From positions 28,769,917 to 28,833,916 of the forward strand of contig NC_068994.1 of the NCBI RefSeq assembly GCF_001194135.2: a stretch of 64,000 nucleotides of DNA, in the 5' to 3' direction. The stretch is from Octopus bimaculoides (lineage: Eukaryota). Under the pieces are notes generated by a model. The model did not search any database, had not been told where the DNA came from, and worked only from the letters and a program-made list of their open reading frames with translations. Position 1 is the stretch's first letter; the number at the start of each line of letters is the position of its first letter. The translations under genes were made by a program, and so were the position numbers. Shown piece by piece: positions 1 to 12,982 of this stretch.

Positions 1-282
1 TCATCGTACTGTGGTGGCTACATCGTGGTATGTTAATTCTTGTTTATTTTTATGCATCTCGACCATACGTGTACTGATGAACAAAAGAATGCAGGTTACT
101 TCACAGTTTTTCTGTATTTGATTGAGAAACCAGTGGTTTACCGTTAAGTTAAATGTTTTTAAGAGATAAATTTTGAAAGCTGCATTCCCTCGCTTTCAGT
201 AAATATGTTGCTTATTTTTTGGTAGCTTTTTACTTATTTAGTCCCTCGAAGCGTGAGGCATTACTACACAGTTAATGCCCTT

Positions 283-321
<39 letters not shown>

Positions 322-326
322 GTATA

Positions 327-525
327 AATGTGCCTCTAGGCTTCTTCAGAGGGTCTAAGTGGTTGGGAGGTTTAATATATATAAGAAACAGTTAACAATA
401 AGTACAGTGTATTTGTCTTTTTGAAAGGGCAGAAAAAGACAAACACACTGTACCTCTTGTTAACTGTTTATATGTATTAGCCCTCCTAACCACTTAGACC
501 CTCTGAAGAAGCCTAGAGGCACATT
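327..525. repeat. Imperfect fold-back inverted repeat (~95-bp arms), probably a Penelope-like terminal fragment
   Basis: 327-422 (aatgtgcctctaggcttcttcagagggtctaagtgg...ttgtcttttt) is the reverse complement of 433-525 with a few mismatches and a 10-nt loop. The arm ends contain CTGAAGA-A-GCC-TAGA-GGC, the 5' half of a hammerhead core. Confidence 0.8.
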
Positions 526-1407
526 CATCATCCAAACTTTATCTGCCCATCCCTGCACAACACTGAGGAGATGCAGATGGCATGGAGGATTTTGTTGCCT
601 CTTGGCAGAAACGGCCGTAAGGAACTAGAACCTACTGTCAATCTGATCTTTTGCTCTTTTCTGTAATATTAGTACCTGTGTGTGTAACACAGTTATTACA
701 TGTGTATGTATTCTTCCAATACTTTCTAATAAATAGACATACTCAAATGACTACCGCCTGATGTATGTCTTTTTGTATCCTCTCCATTTTCTTATTTGCC
801 ATATAAATTAAGGGTAAACCACTTTTTACCCCTGCCCATACATAACACTCAATTGCGAGATTGCCACACTCAATTGCGAGATTGCCACACAATAACCAGC
901 ACTTGGGTATGAATACCAGCAGTATATTGGATAGATAGTTGATTGGTTTCCCAACCTCTNNNNNNNNNNNNNNNNNNNNNNNNNNNNNNNNNNNNNNNNN
1001 NNNNNNNNNNNNNNNNNNNNNNNNNNNNNNNNNNNNNNNNNNNNNNNNNNNNNNNNNNNNNNNNNNNNNNNNNNNNNNNNNNNNNNNNNNNNNNNNNNNN
1101 NNNNNNNNNNNNNNNNNNNNNNNNNNNNNNNNNNNNNNNNNNNNNNNNNNNNNNNNNNNNNNNNNNNNNNNNNNNNNNNNNNNNNNNNNNNNNNNNNNNN
1201 NNNNNNNNNNNNNNNNNNNNNNNNNNNNNNNNNNNNNNNNNNNNNNNNNNNNNNNNNNNNNNNNNNNNNNNNNNNNNNNNNNNNNNNNNNNNNNNNNNNN
1301 NNNNNNNNNNNNNNNNNNNNNNNNNNNNNNNNNNNNNNNNNNNNNNNNNNNNNNNNNNNNNNNNNNNNNNNGATATATATATGTATCTATACACACATAC
1401 ACACAGA

Positions 1408-2667
1408 CATGCAGGAAGTAAATAGACACCTTTAATTTTCAAAATCTTTTATTTCATATGCAAAGCAAACAATTGAAATGTGATCGATAGGCAGGACTAC
1501 ATACTTTAGTATTTAGTTGACATTCCTTTTGCAGTTTTTAATTCAGAAACTCTTTTTGGCATTGAACTGATGAGCTTTGTGATTGTCTCTTGTGGGATTT
1601 CTACCCACTTTTCACGCAACAATCAAAACAATTCATCTTTAGATTTAGGTTTCTGTCGAGTTTTTCATATAGCTCTATCTAGTATGCTCCAAAGATTTTC
1701 AATTGGTTTCACGTCAGGAGATTGGCTCAGCCAAAGAAGCTTTTTGATCCCATTTTCAGTTAGCTATTGTTGATTCCATTTCACTGTATGGCATGGAGCC
1801 CTATCTTCCATGAATAAAAACTCATTTTACGTTATCTTATCATGTGACTACGTCGGAAGTAGTCCTTGCTTAAGTATTTCAATGTATTTTTCAGAGTTTA
1901 TTGTTCTAACACATTCAATTAGCTCAGAACGACCATTGCTGGCGACAGCTCCCTATACTATTACATAGATACCGCCATGTTTCACAGTTGGTTGTAGTTG
2001 TTTCAAATCAAATTCTTGATTGGGAAGCCTCCAGACCCAAACACGTCCACTGTCTGAAAATAATGCAAATCTGGATTCATCTGAGAAAATCACTCTATCC
2101 CAAAATGAACTGGATTTTTCTGATATCTCCTTAGCCCATTTCTTTCTTTTCATGATATTCATTGGTTTAAGGAGAGGTTTTCTTGTAGCTGCTCATCCAT
2201 AATACCCAAGCTTATGCAGATATGTAACATGTTCTGGGACTAACTTCTAGCTGTTTTGCAATGTTAAAAACCTTCAAACAGGGTTCGTTTTTCACAATTC
2301 TCTTCAAATAGCGAAGCTTCCTTTCCAAGGACCCAGGTCGGTCGGGACAAGAGTCTGTTGATTCTTTTCCTTGGCTTTTGAATTGCACTATAATTCTATT
2401 AACAGTAGCAAGAATTTTAAAATTTTCGGCAATTTTTCTCTGGCTGAGACCAGCCTCAGATTGCCCAACAATACCCCCACTTTGAAAATCTGACAGTTCT
2501 GCTGAATTTTTTGTGTGTGGCATGGTTACTCTTTGCAGATGTTTAATATAATGGCACCTGGAATGTAAAAGAATAATTACATTGTAAATTCTACACCGCT
2601 GAAAACATATTAAAACGCTTAGATCAGAAATTTTGAAATTTTAAAGTGTCTATTTACTTCCTGCATG
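1408..2667 (-). mobile_element. Tc1-family (DD34E-type) DNA transposon, full length, degraded transposase
   Basis: TIRs CATGCAGGAAGTAAATAGACAC at 1408 and GTGTCTATTTACTTCCTGCATG ending 2667. Minus-strand fragments: HTH (ELSDFQSGGIVG...SQRKIA), [35 protein letters not shown]. Frameshifts and stops present. Confidence 0.92.
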
Positions 2668-2682
2668 TGTGTGTGTGTGTGT

Positions 2683-2715
<33 letters not shown>

Positions 2716-2716
<1 letters not shown>

Positions 2717-4724
2717 CATCATCATTATCATCATCGTTTAATGTCCGCTTTCCATGCTAGCATGGGTTGGACGATTTGACTTAAGACTGGCAAGCCAGAA
2801 GGCTGCACCAAGCTCCAATCTGATCTCGCAGAGTTTCTACAGCTGGATGCCCTTCCTAACGCCAACCACTCCGAGTGTGTAGTGGGTGCTTTTATGTGCC
2901 AGCGGCACAAGGGCCAGTCACATGGTACTGGCAACGGCCACGCTCAGAAAGGTGTTTTTTACATGCCACTTGCACGGGAGCCAGTCCAGNNNNNNNNNNN
3001 NNNNNNNNNNNNNNNNNNNNNNNNNNNNNNNNNNNNNNNNNNNNNNNNNNNNNNNNNNNNNNNNNNNNNNNNNNNNNNNNNNNNNNNNNNNNNNNNNNNN
3101 NNNNNNNNNNNNNNNNNNNNNNNNNNNNNNNNNNNNNNNNNNNNNNNNNNNNNNNNNNNNNNNNNNNNNNNNNNNNNNNNNNNNNNNNNNNNNNNNNNNN
3201 NNNNNNNNNNNNNNNNNNNNNNNNNNNNNNNNNNNNNNNNNNNNNNNNNNNNNNNNNNNNNNNNNNNNNNNNNNNNNNNNNNNNNNNNNNNNNNNNNNNN
3301 NNNNNNNNNNNNNNNNNNNNNNNNNNNNNNNNNNNNNNNNNNNNNNNNNNNNNNNNNNNNNNNNNNNNNNNNNNNNNNNNNNNNNNNNNNNNNNNNNNNN
3401 NNNNNNNNNNNNNNNNNNNNNNNNNNNNNNNNNNNNNNNNNNNNNNNNNNNNNNNNNNNNNNNNNNNNNNNNNNNNNNNNNNNNNNNNNNNNNNNNNNNN
3501 NNNNNNNNNNNNNNNNNNNNNNNNNNNNNNNNNNNNNNNNNNNNNNNNNNNNNNNNTGCCTCGGTGAGGCCTAAAGTTTGAAGGTCGTGCTTCACCACCT
3601 CATCCCAGGTCTTCCTGGGTCTACCTCTTCCACAGGTTCTGTCAACTACTAGGGTGTGGCACTTTTTCACACAGCTATCCTCATCCATTCTTGCCACATG
3701 TCCATACCAGCGCAATCGTCTCTCTTGCACAACACAACTGATGCTTTTTAAGTCTAACTTTTCTCTCAAGGTACTTACACTCTGTCGAGTATGCACACTG
3801 ACATTACACATCCATCGGAGCATACTGGCTTCGTTTCTTGCAAGCTTACGCATGTCCTCAGCTGTCACGGCCCATGTTTCACTGCCACGTAACATGGCTG
3901 TTCGTACACATGCATCATACAATCTGCCTTTTACTCTGAGTGAGAGACCCTTTGTCACCAGCAGAGGTAAGCGCTCTCTAAACTTTGCCCAGGCTATTCT
4001 TATTCTAGCAGCTACACTTTCAGTGCACCCTCCCCAGTTACAAACTTCGTCACCTAGGTAGCGGAAGCTATCAACTACTTCTAGTTTATCTCCCTGGAGT
4101 GTAGCAAAGGTTGTTTTCTGCACATTTTCAGTGTTAATTGCTCCTGAGCATCTGCTACATACAAAAACTATTTTGCTAGTTAGCATTCCTTTGATATTGC
4201 TGCACCTCTTATGTGTCCATAGCTTACACTGGGTACATCTTATGGAGTTTCCACCTACGCCTTTTCTACAGATTGAGCAGTGCCATCTACCTGAAGGAGT
4301 TTGTGTTTTGTCTATCTTCCTACTTATTAGGACTTTGGTTTTAGCTAGGTTGCCTCTCAGGCCCTTCGATTCTAGTCCTTGCTTCCACAGCTGATCTTCT
4401 CCACTAGTTCTGATAGTGACTCAGCAATTAGTGCAAGATCATCAGCATAGAGGAGCTCCCAAGGGCATCCCGTCTTGAATTCCTATGTTATTGGCTGGAG
4501 GACTATGATAAATAGGAGGGGGCTGAGTACTGAACCTTGGTGGACCCCTACCTCTACCCGGAATTCTTCACTGTACTCATTGCTAACCCTCACCTTACTG
4601 ACAGCGTCCCTGTACATCTATCCCTAGTTTCCTCATTGACCACCAGATAAGGGAGCGGGGGACCCTGTCAAAGGCTTTCTCCATGTCAACGAAAGCTAGG
4701 TACAGAGGTTTATCTTTGGCTAGG
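2716..4724 (-). mobile_element. RTE-clade LINE, 5'-truncated (RT, Cys-rich insert, C-terminus, 3'UTR, (CAT)n tail); interrupted by an N gap
   Basis: Minus strand reads FVDMEKAFDRVPR, VGVHQGSVLSPLLF, LLYADDL, VVDSFRYLG, RLRWYGHVARM and GRGRPRKTW. The tail aaagcggacattaaacgatgatg abuts (TA)n at ~2716. Confidence 0.93.
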
Positions 4725-4765
4725 TGATGATGATGATATATATATATATATATATGGTGGAGTTG

Positions 4766-6600
4766 TCATGTACATCTGCATGGACCTCACACCCCAGGTC
4801 CTTTTGTCACACTCAAATTCAGTATGTGATACACTAATTGTACATATAAAACAACCCAATGTAGTTATATGTACTACATATTGCCCTCCAGTTGCTCCAA
4901 ATCATGCAGTCAAGTTTGAAAACTACCTTACAAAAATAGAAGTTCTAGTCACATTAGAACAACACATAAGTGTACTTCTTATGGGAGACTTCAATCTGCT
5001 GAATGTCAGATGGCCTGATGGCCTTTCTCTCCCAGAATGGCACGATGCAAACAAGGACATGTGGAGTCCCTCCTGAACTTCATCAACACTTTGTACATTG
5101 AACAAATAGTTCTCAAACCAACCAGGGTAAGTAATATACTGGATCTCTGCTTCACATATAATATGGATCTTGTCTATAATGTGAAAGTGACACTGATGCT
5201 ACTCTTGGATCACATGGTAGAACTGACCATGTATGGATCAAAGGAGACCATGGACATGCAGCCTACAAGAAACTCTCAAAATCTTTAGAGCTTGAACTTC
5301 CAAAAGGCAAACTGGAAACAAATTGGGAAAGAGATCATCAGACTAAACTAGCCTAAATGTCTCTCCTGACCGGACACCGACATGAAACTTCAACAATTCA
5401 TGTCTGTAATGCAAGCCATATGCTACAAATGTGTCCCGGAGAGAAAGGCCACACGAACAAAATCCCTAGGGAGACGAAAATTCTTATGAAACGGTGTACA
5501 AAAATTTCAAATTGCTTAAACAAATTGAAAGTAGTGAAAAATCCCACCTGAAAATACAACTGCTGGAAATTGAAAAAAATCTGCAACTCTCCTATGGAAA
5601 AAAAAAAAAAGAGCAGACAAGGAAGCCTGGGCTATAGACAATTTAAAATCTAACTCCAGAGCCTTCTACAAGTTTGCCAAAGAAACAGCCTCAGTGCACT
5701 GCAGGATAGGGCCACTCCTTGAAAAAGATGGTTCACTCACAGGAAACCCAAGGAGGATAAGTGAAATACTAAATGAGCAATTCGAAAGTATTTTCAATCC
5801 ACCCCTAGGACACTTGCAAGTCAGCAACCCAGCTGACTTTTTTACCACTGCAGATATAAAAACAGAAGCAGTGATGATTGATTACATCAATATAAAAGAT
5901 GATGTAATAAAGGCTATAGATGAAATAAACCTGAACTCAGCTACTGGCCCTGATGGATTCTCAGCAATCCTTCTAAAAGCATGTAAGTGTGTCTAGCAAG
6001 ACCACTGGAGTCCCTCTTTCAGAGCTTCCATGCAACTGGCAAACTTCCAAGCAAGCTGAAGGAGGGTAAAATATGCCCTATTCTTAAAGGAGGTAGCAGA
6101 GCAGAGGTCAAAAACTACAGACCTATATCTCTGACCTCACACAGCAGCAAGGTCATGGAACGAATAGTCAGAAGAAAACTAATCGCCTTCCTTGAGGAAA
6201 ATGAATTGCTGACTGACACTCAACATGGTTTCTGATCAGGAAGAAGCTGCCTGACTCAGCTCTTACACCACTATGACTGGGTGTTGAAACAGCTGCTTAA
6301 CCACTCAAATGTGGAAGTGATATATCTCAACTTTGTAAAGTCCTTTGATAAAGTCGATCATGGAATATGTCACAAACTCCAAATTTGCCATCAGGATATA
6401 GGACAAGATGCTGCAATTGCCTGGGCTTTAGGGGACCACAGCTCTTCAGGATCTTCCCGAAGGGCCTGAGAGACCTACATGGGGTGAATGTGGGTGTTTT
6501 CAAAATGTAACTAGATGTTTTACTGTCAAATGTCTCAGGTGAACCAACTTCACAGCAGGAAGTGCAGATGAGGGCAGCAAATGTCAATTTCTAAAAAGAA
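4766..6600 (+). mobile_element. CR1/Jockey-group LINE relic (AP endonuclease and RT, internal deletion, 3' end)
   Basis: LLMGDFN, PTRVSNILDLCFT, ATGPDGF, NYRPISLTS, QHGF, YLNFVKSFDKVDH. 6400-6600 resembles the 3'-end fragment at 33420-33680. Confidence 0.88.
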
Positions 6601-6693
6601 TTAGTGAAGTAAAATTATGTAACAACACCATGGTGACAGCTCATGAGCTGAAACTAGATCAAATCAAATCAAATCACATGTATATATACATAC

Positions 6694-6725
<32 letters not shown>

Positions 6726-6795
6726 ATGTATATGTGTGCGTGTGTGTATATATGTATGTATGTGTGTGCATATATGTATGTGTGTGTATGTATAT

Positions 6796-6857
<62 letters not shown>

Positions 6858-7221
6858 NNNNNNNNNNNNNNNNNNNNNNNNNNNNNNNNNNNNNNNNNNN
6901 NNNNNNNNNNNNNNNNNNNNNNNNNNNNNNNNNNNNNNNNNNNNNNNNNNNNNNNNNNNNNNNNNNNNNNNNNNNNNNNNNNNNNNNNNNNNNNNNNNNN
7001 NNNNNNNNNNNNNNNNNNNNNNNNNNNNNNNNNNNNNNNNNNNNNNNNNNNNNNNNNNNNNNNNNNNNNNNNNNNNNNNNNNNNNNNNNNNNNNNNNNNN
7101 NNNNNNNNNNNNNNNNNNNNNNNNNNNNNNNNNNNNNNNNNNNNNNNNNNNNNNNNNNNNNNNNNNNNNNNNNNNNNNNNNNNNNNNNNNNNNNNNNNNN
7201 NNNNNNNNNNNNNNNNNNNAT

Positions 7222-7810
7222 GTACTAGCTGTTGGACCTGGCATTGCTCAGGTTCTCCATGTTGAAGTTAAGCCCACCTCTGACCGCATATTGAAATCTT
7301 CTATGTTCCCCGTGCTAACTATTACAAATTAAGATTTTATATCTGGTTTGGCAGGGATTTTACCCGGTTAACAAACTCCTACACACTGGACCATCTGAAA
7401 TCGCAGTCAAACTTTTGGGTGTACCTCGACCCGTTGAGAGTGATGTTTGTTTAGTTCTCTCCCCTTAATGCCATCCTCTGTAGAGAATTGATCAGTGTCC
7501 ACTCTTAACCAAATCCGAAGAAAAGTGTTATGGTTATGTCATAAAATAGAATCCATGTGACCATTTACATGAAAATATCCCATTGACTTTTAAATCCCAA
7601 TACATTATATGAATAATCAATGTTTCATATGTCAAAGTGCTTAATTTTACTCATGTTCGTTATTTTATTGTGAGCGAATTTTGAAGATTTCTGCCTTTCA
7701 CCAGTTTAATTTAATTCTACCACATGACTCTGACCATAAACTTTACCTAAATGTCAAATTTCATCAAAATCGGTTGAATTCTGTAGAAGTAACAGCATAA
7801 AGTATTAATC
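7222..7810 (+). mobile_element. Possible non-autonomous Helitron/Helentron-like repeat
   Basis: Starts tACTAGctgttggacctggc and contains aaatttcatcaaaatcggttg, motifs typical of DINE/HINE-type elements. No coding evidence. Confidence 0.35.
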
Positions 7811-9314
7811 CTATGGGTAATTGCATACAAAAAGCCTATTGNNNNNNNNNNNNNNNNNNNNNNNNNNNNNNNNNNNNNNNNNNNNNNNNNNNNNNNNNNN
7901 NNNNNNNNNNNNNNNNNNNNNNNNNNNNNNNNNNNNNNNNNNNNNNNNNNNNNNNNNNNNNNNNNNNNNNNNNNNNNNNNNNNNNNNNNNNNNNNNNNNN
8001 NNNNNNNNNNNNNNNNNNNNNNNNNNNNNNNNNNNNNNNNNNNNNNNNNNNNNNNNNNNNNNNNNNNNNNNNNNNNNNNNNNNNNNNNNNNNNNNNNNNN
8101 NNNNNNNNNNNNNNNNNNNNNNNNNNNNNNNNNNNNNNNNNNNNNNNNNNNNNNNNNNNNNNNNNNNNNNNNNNNNNNNNNNNNNNNNNNNNNNNNNNNN
8201 NNNNNNNNNNNNNNNNNNNNNNNNNNNNNNNNNNNNNNNNNNNNNATATATATATATATATATATATATATAGGCCAGTAGATAAGGATAGTAAAAATTG
8301 TCTGCTTTTTAAAATCATCGGCTATACAGACCACTAGTGATCTGTATGGTCAACTTAGATAGATTTTGTAGGCAGGGATTTGGTTACTAGAAGCTGACTG
8401 TATCACTCCTGGCGTACCGAGCTTACAGAGACCAGATTAGCAAATTACTTATGCAGACATTGATGGAGTCACCAACAAATAGTGGTTTTTCCTTGAAGAG
8501 GGGCAAATAGAGGAGAATTGATTAGGTTTAGTAAAGCATTAGTAATAGAACAGAGAAAAACTTAGAAGAGGCACTTAGGAAAGGTATCGCAACTGACAAG
8601 CTGGGGGCAAGATTGGCTCTGGACCAATTCTTCAGTGCTTAGCATGAAGAATGCATTGTTAGGGCTAAGGTGCATGCTCTAAGGGACAAGGAAACGAAAG
8701 GCATTTCATCCAGTTCACTGCCTTAATGATGATGATGACGACGACGATGACAATGCAGTACCAGGCAGTGGCTTTCATGGCTCTTGATCTTAACTGATTG
8801 GATGTGTTATCATGTAGATTGTTTTGTCCTGGTTTAAAAGATGGGCTACAATAAATATATTCTGCTCAGTGCCACAAATTTGCTTGTCAGTTATTTGACC
8901 TTAACCAGTTGAGCATGTCCCTTGGTAGCTGATGATATGTGCATCTCTGATCATGAGCAGAAGTAGTGGGAGAGCATCATAGCCATGTGTGGAGAGGAAT
9001 TTTGGAGGGTTTGAATAATTCACCTCTGGAAACACAGGTGTTTCGTTCATCATCCTTAAACAAACCCTATTCAGGGACCTTTTGAGCAGAATGGGCTACT
9101 CGACCTGATGAAAATTCTAACTTGCAAGGTCATGTGCTGTTTATCTTGATATGAGATCACCATATTGTGTACATATCGTTGTGATCCATGTATCCTATGT
9201 ACCTTTATCAGATGGGTAGTCATGATGGGTATACTGGGCTTCGTATATTTTACCCCAGTGTCATTTTGATGGCATGCACTGCTCTCTCACTCAATAATAA
9301 TAATAATAATAATA

Positions 9315-9520
9315 AAGGTGGAAAGCTGGCAGAATCATTGCTGCATCAGACAAAATGCTTAGTCGCATTTCTCTCAGCTTTCTGTTCTGAGTCACCAAGG
9401 TCAGTTTTTGCCTTTTCATTGTTCTGATAAAATAAGTACCACTTGAGCGCTGGGGTTGATGTAATTGACTAAACCTCCCCACAGAATTTCAGGCCTTGTT
9501 CCTGTAGTAGAAAGAATTGT
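9315..9520 (+). mobile_element. SINE family B (tRNA-derived, degraded)
   Basis: gctggcagaatc head and ataagtacca...ggggttgatgtaattgact...tttcaggccttg core, shared with copies at 19965, 20180, 55825 and 57435. Confidence 0.75.
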
Positions 9521-9659
9521 TATTGATATTAAAATTATTATCATTACTAGTGTTTCATATTAGTCTTTTGTAATGTTATTGATATTTTTATTAATTTGGT
9601 TCTACTGAATATATATATGAAACAGGAAAGATCCTTTTCACACATCATGGATGATAACT

Positions 9660-12610
9660 AAGCTTATCTCATCTCATCTAGGTCATCCCGTAGGACGCCC
9701 CAAAACTGTTTCCACACATTTTCCCCATTCATCTCGATCTTCCATAATGGTCCTCAGCTCCTGTACCCCTTCCATACCAGTATCCTCCAGCAAGTTGTCG
9801 CTACAGGTCATCTTCCTCCTTCCTTCCTTGGTTCTTCCTTCTGTTGGTTGCCAGAGCACTAGCTTGTTAGCAATTTCATCAGCGTGTCTGATGCAGTGTC
9901 CAGCTATGCTGTATCTTCAATGTTACTTTTGGTAGTCCCTGGTATAAGTCGGTGTTTGTTGTATGACTCTTCCAGGAGACATTGAGTACCATTCTAAGCA
10001 TCCAACTGCTTCTTCAGTGCTTTAGTGAACATTCATGTTTCAGCCCCGTATAGAACAGACTCTATTGTTGCCAGAAATAACCTCATTTTCAATTTCCTTG
10101 CTAACTTTGAACTCCATACCTTTCTCAATTTATAGCATGCACTCCAGGCAAGAGCTTTCCTTGCTACGATGTCTTTTTCAGTACTTTGTGTCCACACACC
10201 AAGGTATTTGAAATTTTCAATTACTTTCAGTGACTTACTGTCTCTCACTTTCACTGACAGGCATTTCGTGATTGAATACTTGCAGCTCTGTTTTGTTTCC
10301 ATTACAGTACAATCCTACCTTCCCCGATTCCTGCTCTAATTCCGTCTCTCCATCAGGAGTGATCACTTTTGCTCTGGTGTTCTCATATAGCTTACTTATT
10401 GCTCTCAGAATTCTTGGTGGAATATCATATGCTTTAAGTATCTTCTTCATCATTCCTCTATGTACTGAATCAAAAGCCTTTTTTAAAGTCTACATAGATA
10501 ACGATAGCCTTCTTGTTATGGCTCTTAACTCCCTCTATCAATCTTCTAAGTGCAACAGTGTGAGATGTTGACTGTCCTGATCTGAATCCATTTTGATTTG
10601 GTCGCAATTGTTTGTCTATCTTATGTTGTATTCAGTTAAGTCAACTTCTGGATCCTTCCCAAGTAAGTTGTAGAAATGAGTGTACCACTTCTTGATTCTC
10701 TCATCCTTTGATTTCCCTTTGATGATTCCCTGCTTTGCAGCTTTGCAACCAGTGATAGAGCTAATCAGCCACCAGCTTTCTCCATGCTTACTCTTTGTAT
10801 CTGCATTTTCGACCTGGGAGATCACTTCATCCAGTTCTTCTTCTTGAATCTCTTGGTACACCTGTTTTAGACCCTCTTTCTTTCTTTGTAAAGTTGGTTT
10901 AGTACCATTGTTGGCAACTTTTTGATAGTTGCTGAAAGCCTCTTGTACTTCACTGCATGCTTTTTCTACCCTAGCATCATCAGCTAACTGTCTCCGTTTC
11001 ATCCTCTTCTTTATCAGTATCAGTTCTGCTGCCGCTTCTTCATTTAATTGGCATAAACTTGCAATATTGCTCTGTAACAGTATCCCTGTTGTTCTGCTGC
11101 CGCTTCTTCATTTAATTGGCATAAACTTGCAATATTGCTCTGTAACAATATCCCTGTTGTTGGATAGTTCAGCCAATCTGTTATGCATTGTGACCGTATT
11201 AAGCTGTTGAAGTTCTGTATTTTGGAATGTAGACCAATTGTAGCATTTTTTCCTTGCAGGAGTTTATCTTGTACGTAGACTAAAACATAGTCTGGCTGTC
11301 ACTAAGTGATGGTCACCCCCTAAGCTGCTTAAGCTGTTATATGCTTCTACATTGTGTACAGAATTCTTCCTTTTCTTATTAATTAGAATGTAATCAATTT
11401 GGGACCTGCTACCATTCATGTCGGAGATAAATGTCCATTGTTTTCCTTTCTTTTTCTTGAATAAAGTGTTAGTGATGTGAAGATTACATTCTGTTGCATG
11501 ATTCAGGAGAAGCTGGCCATTCTTGTCGGTCTCTTTATGGAATGTGTAGCATCAAAATCACCGCATTCTATGGTAACATGGTATTTTGGTATTTCATTGA
11601 TGACATTTGTCAGTGTTTCATAGTGCTCCTCTGCATCCTTGCTTCCCTCTGTGGGTGCATAGTTAATAACTACTGTGGTGGATGGGTTTCCATTGAACGT
11701 GGCTGTGACTATTCTGTCATTTACTGGTATTACTTCAGCCTATGCTTTCTCTGCCAAACTGTTGATTACTAATCCTACCCCTCCTGCTGCAGCACCATTA
11801 GTACTTCTCCATGCACTTGTTATTAGTGTGCAGCCTTCAAGTTGTTCAATGAGAGTAGGTCTTCTTCATGCACTATCTTGTGTTCAACTACTCCAAGGAT
11901 GTTTAGTTTGCATTTGTTAAAGTTATTAGCCATCTCCAAATGTTGCTCTTTTCCTTAAGCATTCTGACATTAAGTGTTCCAATTTTCAGGTACCTTTTAC
12001 TGTTCATAAGTTTAATTCCTCTGTTCTCGCCATCAGCTACTTCCAGTTGGATTTAAAGTAGTACCTTCATCAATCTTTATGCGACTTTCTTGAACATCTG
12101 GAATGTCTGAGTCAGGGGCTCTAACCCTAGTGCTGTTAACGTGTGGATTCATAGAGGTGTCAGTTGCACATATTATAGGAGTCATAGGGTGCTGCTTCAT
12201 GTGGTCCTGCAGTTTCCATCTAAATAGGAATATTAGGATCTCATCCATTGTCTTGTATTCAAGATCCCCTGCATGACATCCTGCTAGTTCAAAGCCAGGA
12301 ATCTGATCTGTTAGGTCCTGCCAATAACTAAATCCATGCCCTGCTGCTGACACTTCGATTTATTGTCATTAAGGTTTTGTCTGTCTCCTACCCTTTGATC
12401 TGTCTGGCCTGGTAAGACCTGCCTGAAGATTTCTCTCCCTCCAGCATAGCTCTCTGGGTCAATGGAGCACATAAGCACTTCACCGCGACAAGGTACTTGT
12501 TGAACTGGCCTTTGATTACACAGTAGTTCTTCTGCCCTTTGACAAGTCTTATTTTTCGTCCTGCAGGGTGTCCTACAATCACTCTCCTCACCAGTTACCA
12601 GTAGCACTCA
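9660..12610 (-). mobile_element. RTE-clade LINE relic (endonuclease and RT, internal deletion)
   Basis: Minus strand gives KLKIGTLNVRML, ECGDFDA, RSQIDYILI, KKAFDSVHR, ENFKYLGVW and SVLYGAET. A short (GATGA)n tail lies at ~9665-9680. Many stops. Confidence 0.85.
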
Positions 12611-12982
12611 AGAGCTACCTGACTATAAAATGGCTAAAACAAGTAAACTAAGTTTAATGAGTGTCTGAAGAGGATGACATTTCTTACTATTTCAATCAGG
12701 CATAATTTATGAGTCTTGTGTTATGTATCACATATAATTATTTATGTGTAATGTGATTTGAAGCAGAATGCAACTGAAACAATTGTAACTAATGTTAAAC
12801 TTGTGTTATACTAATGTCTTCATCTATCTATCTACCTATCTATCCATCCATCCATCCATCCACCCATCCAAAACCCACTCACTTCAGCAATGTAAGTACA
12901 TGTGGGCCGTTTGCAATTTCTTCTCCTTCTTTGGACTTTTCCCATTCTCCTTTCCAATGGAGAGCCATGCTCAAAACCTTAA

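Noticed and set aside
845-886. 21-bp tandem duplication acactcaattgcgagattgcc x2
   Set aside because: Ordinary local slippage with no wider pattern.
9100-9125. Isolated CTGATGA as a hammerhead core (also ~75 and the CTGAAGA at ~58274)
   Set aside because: No stem II, GAAA or stem I partner at the right spacing.
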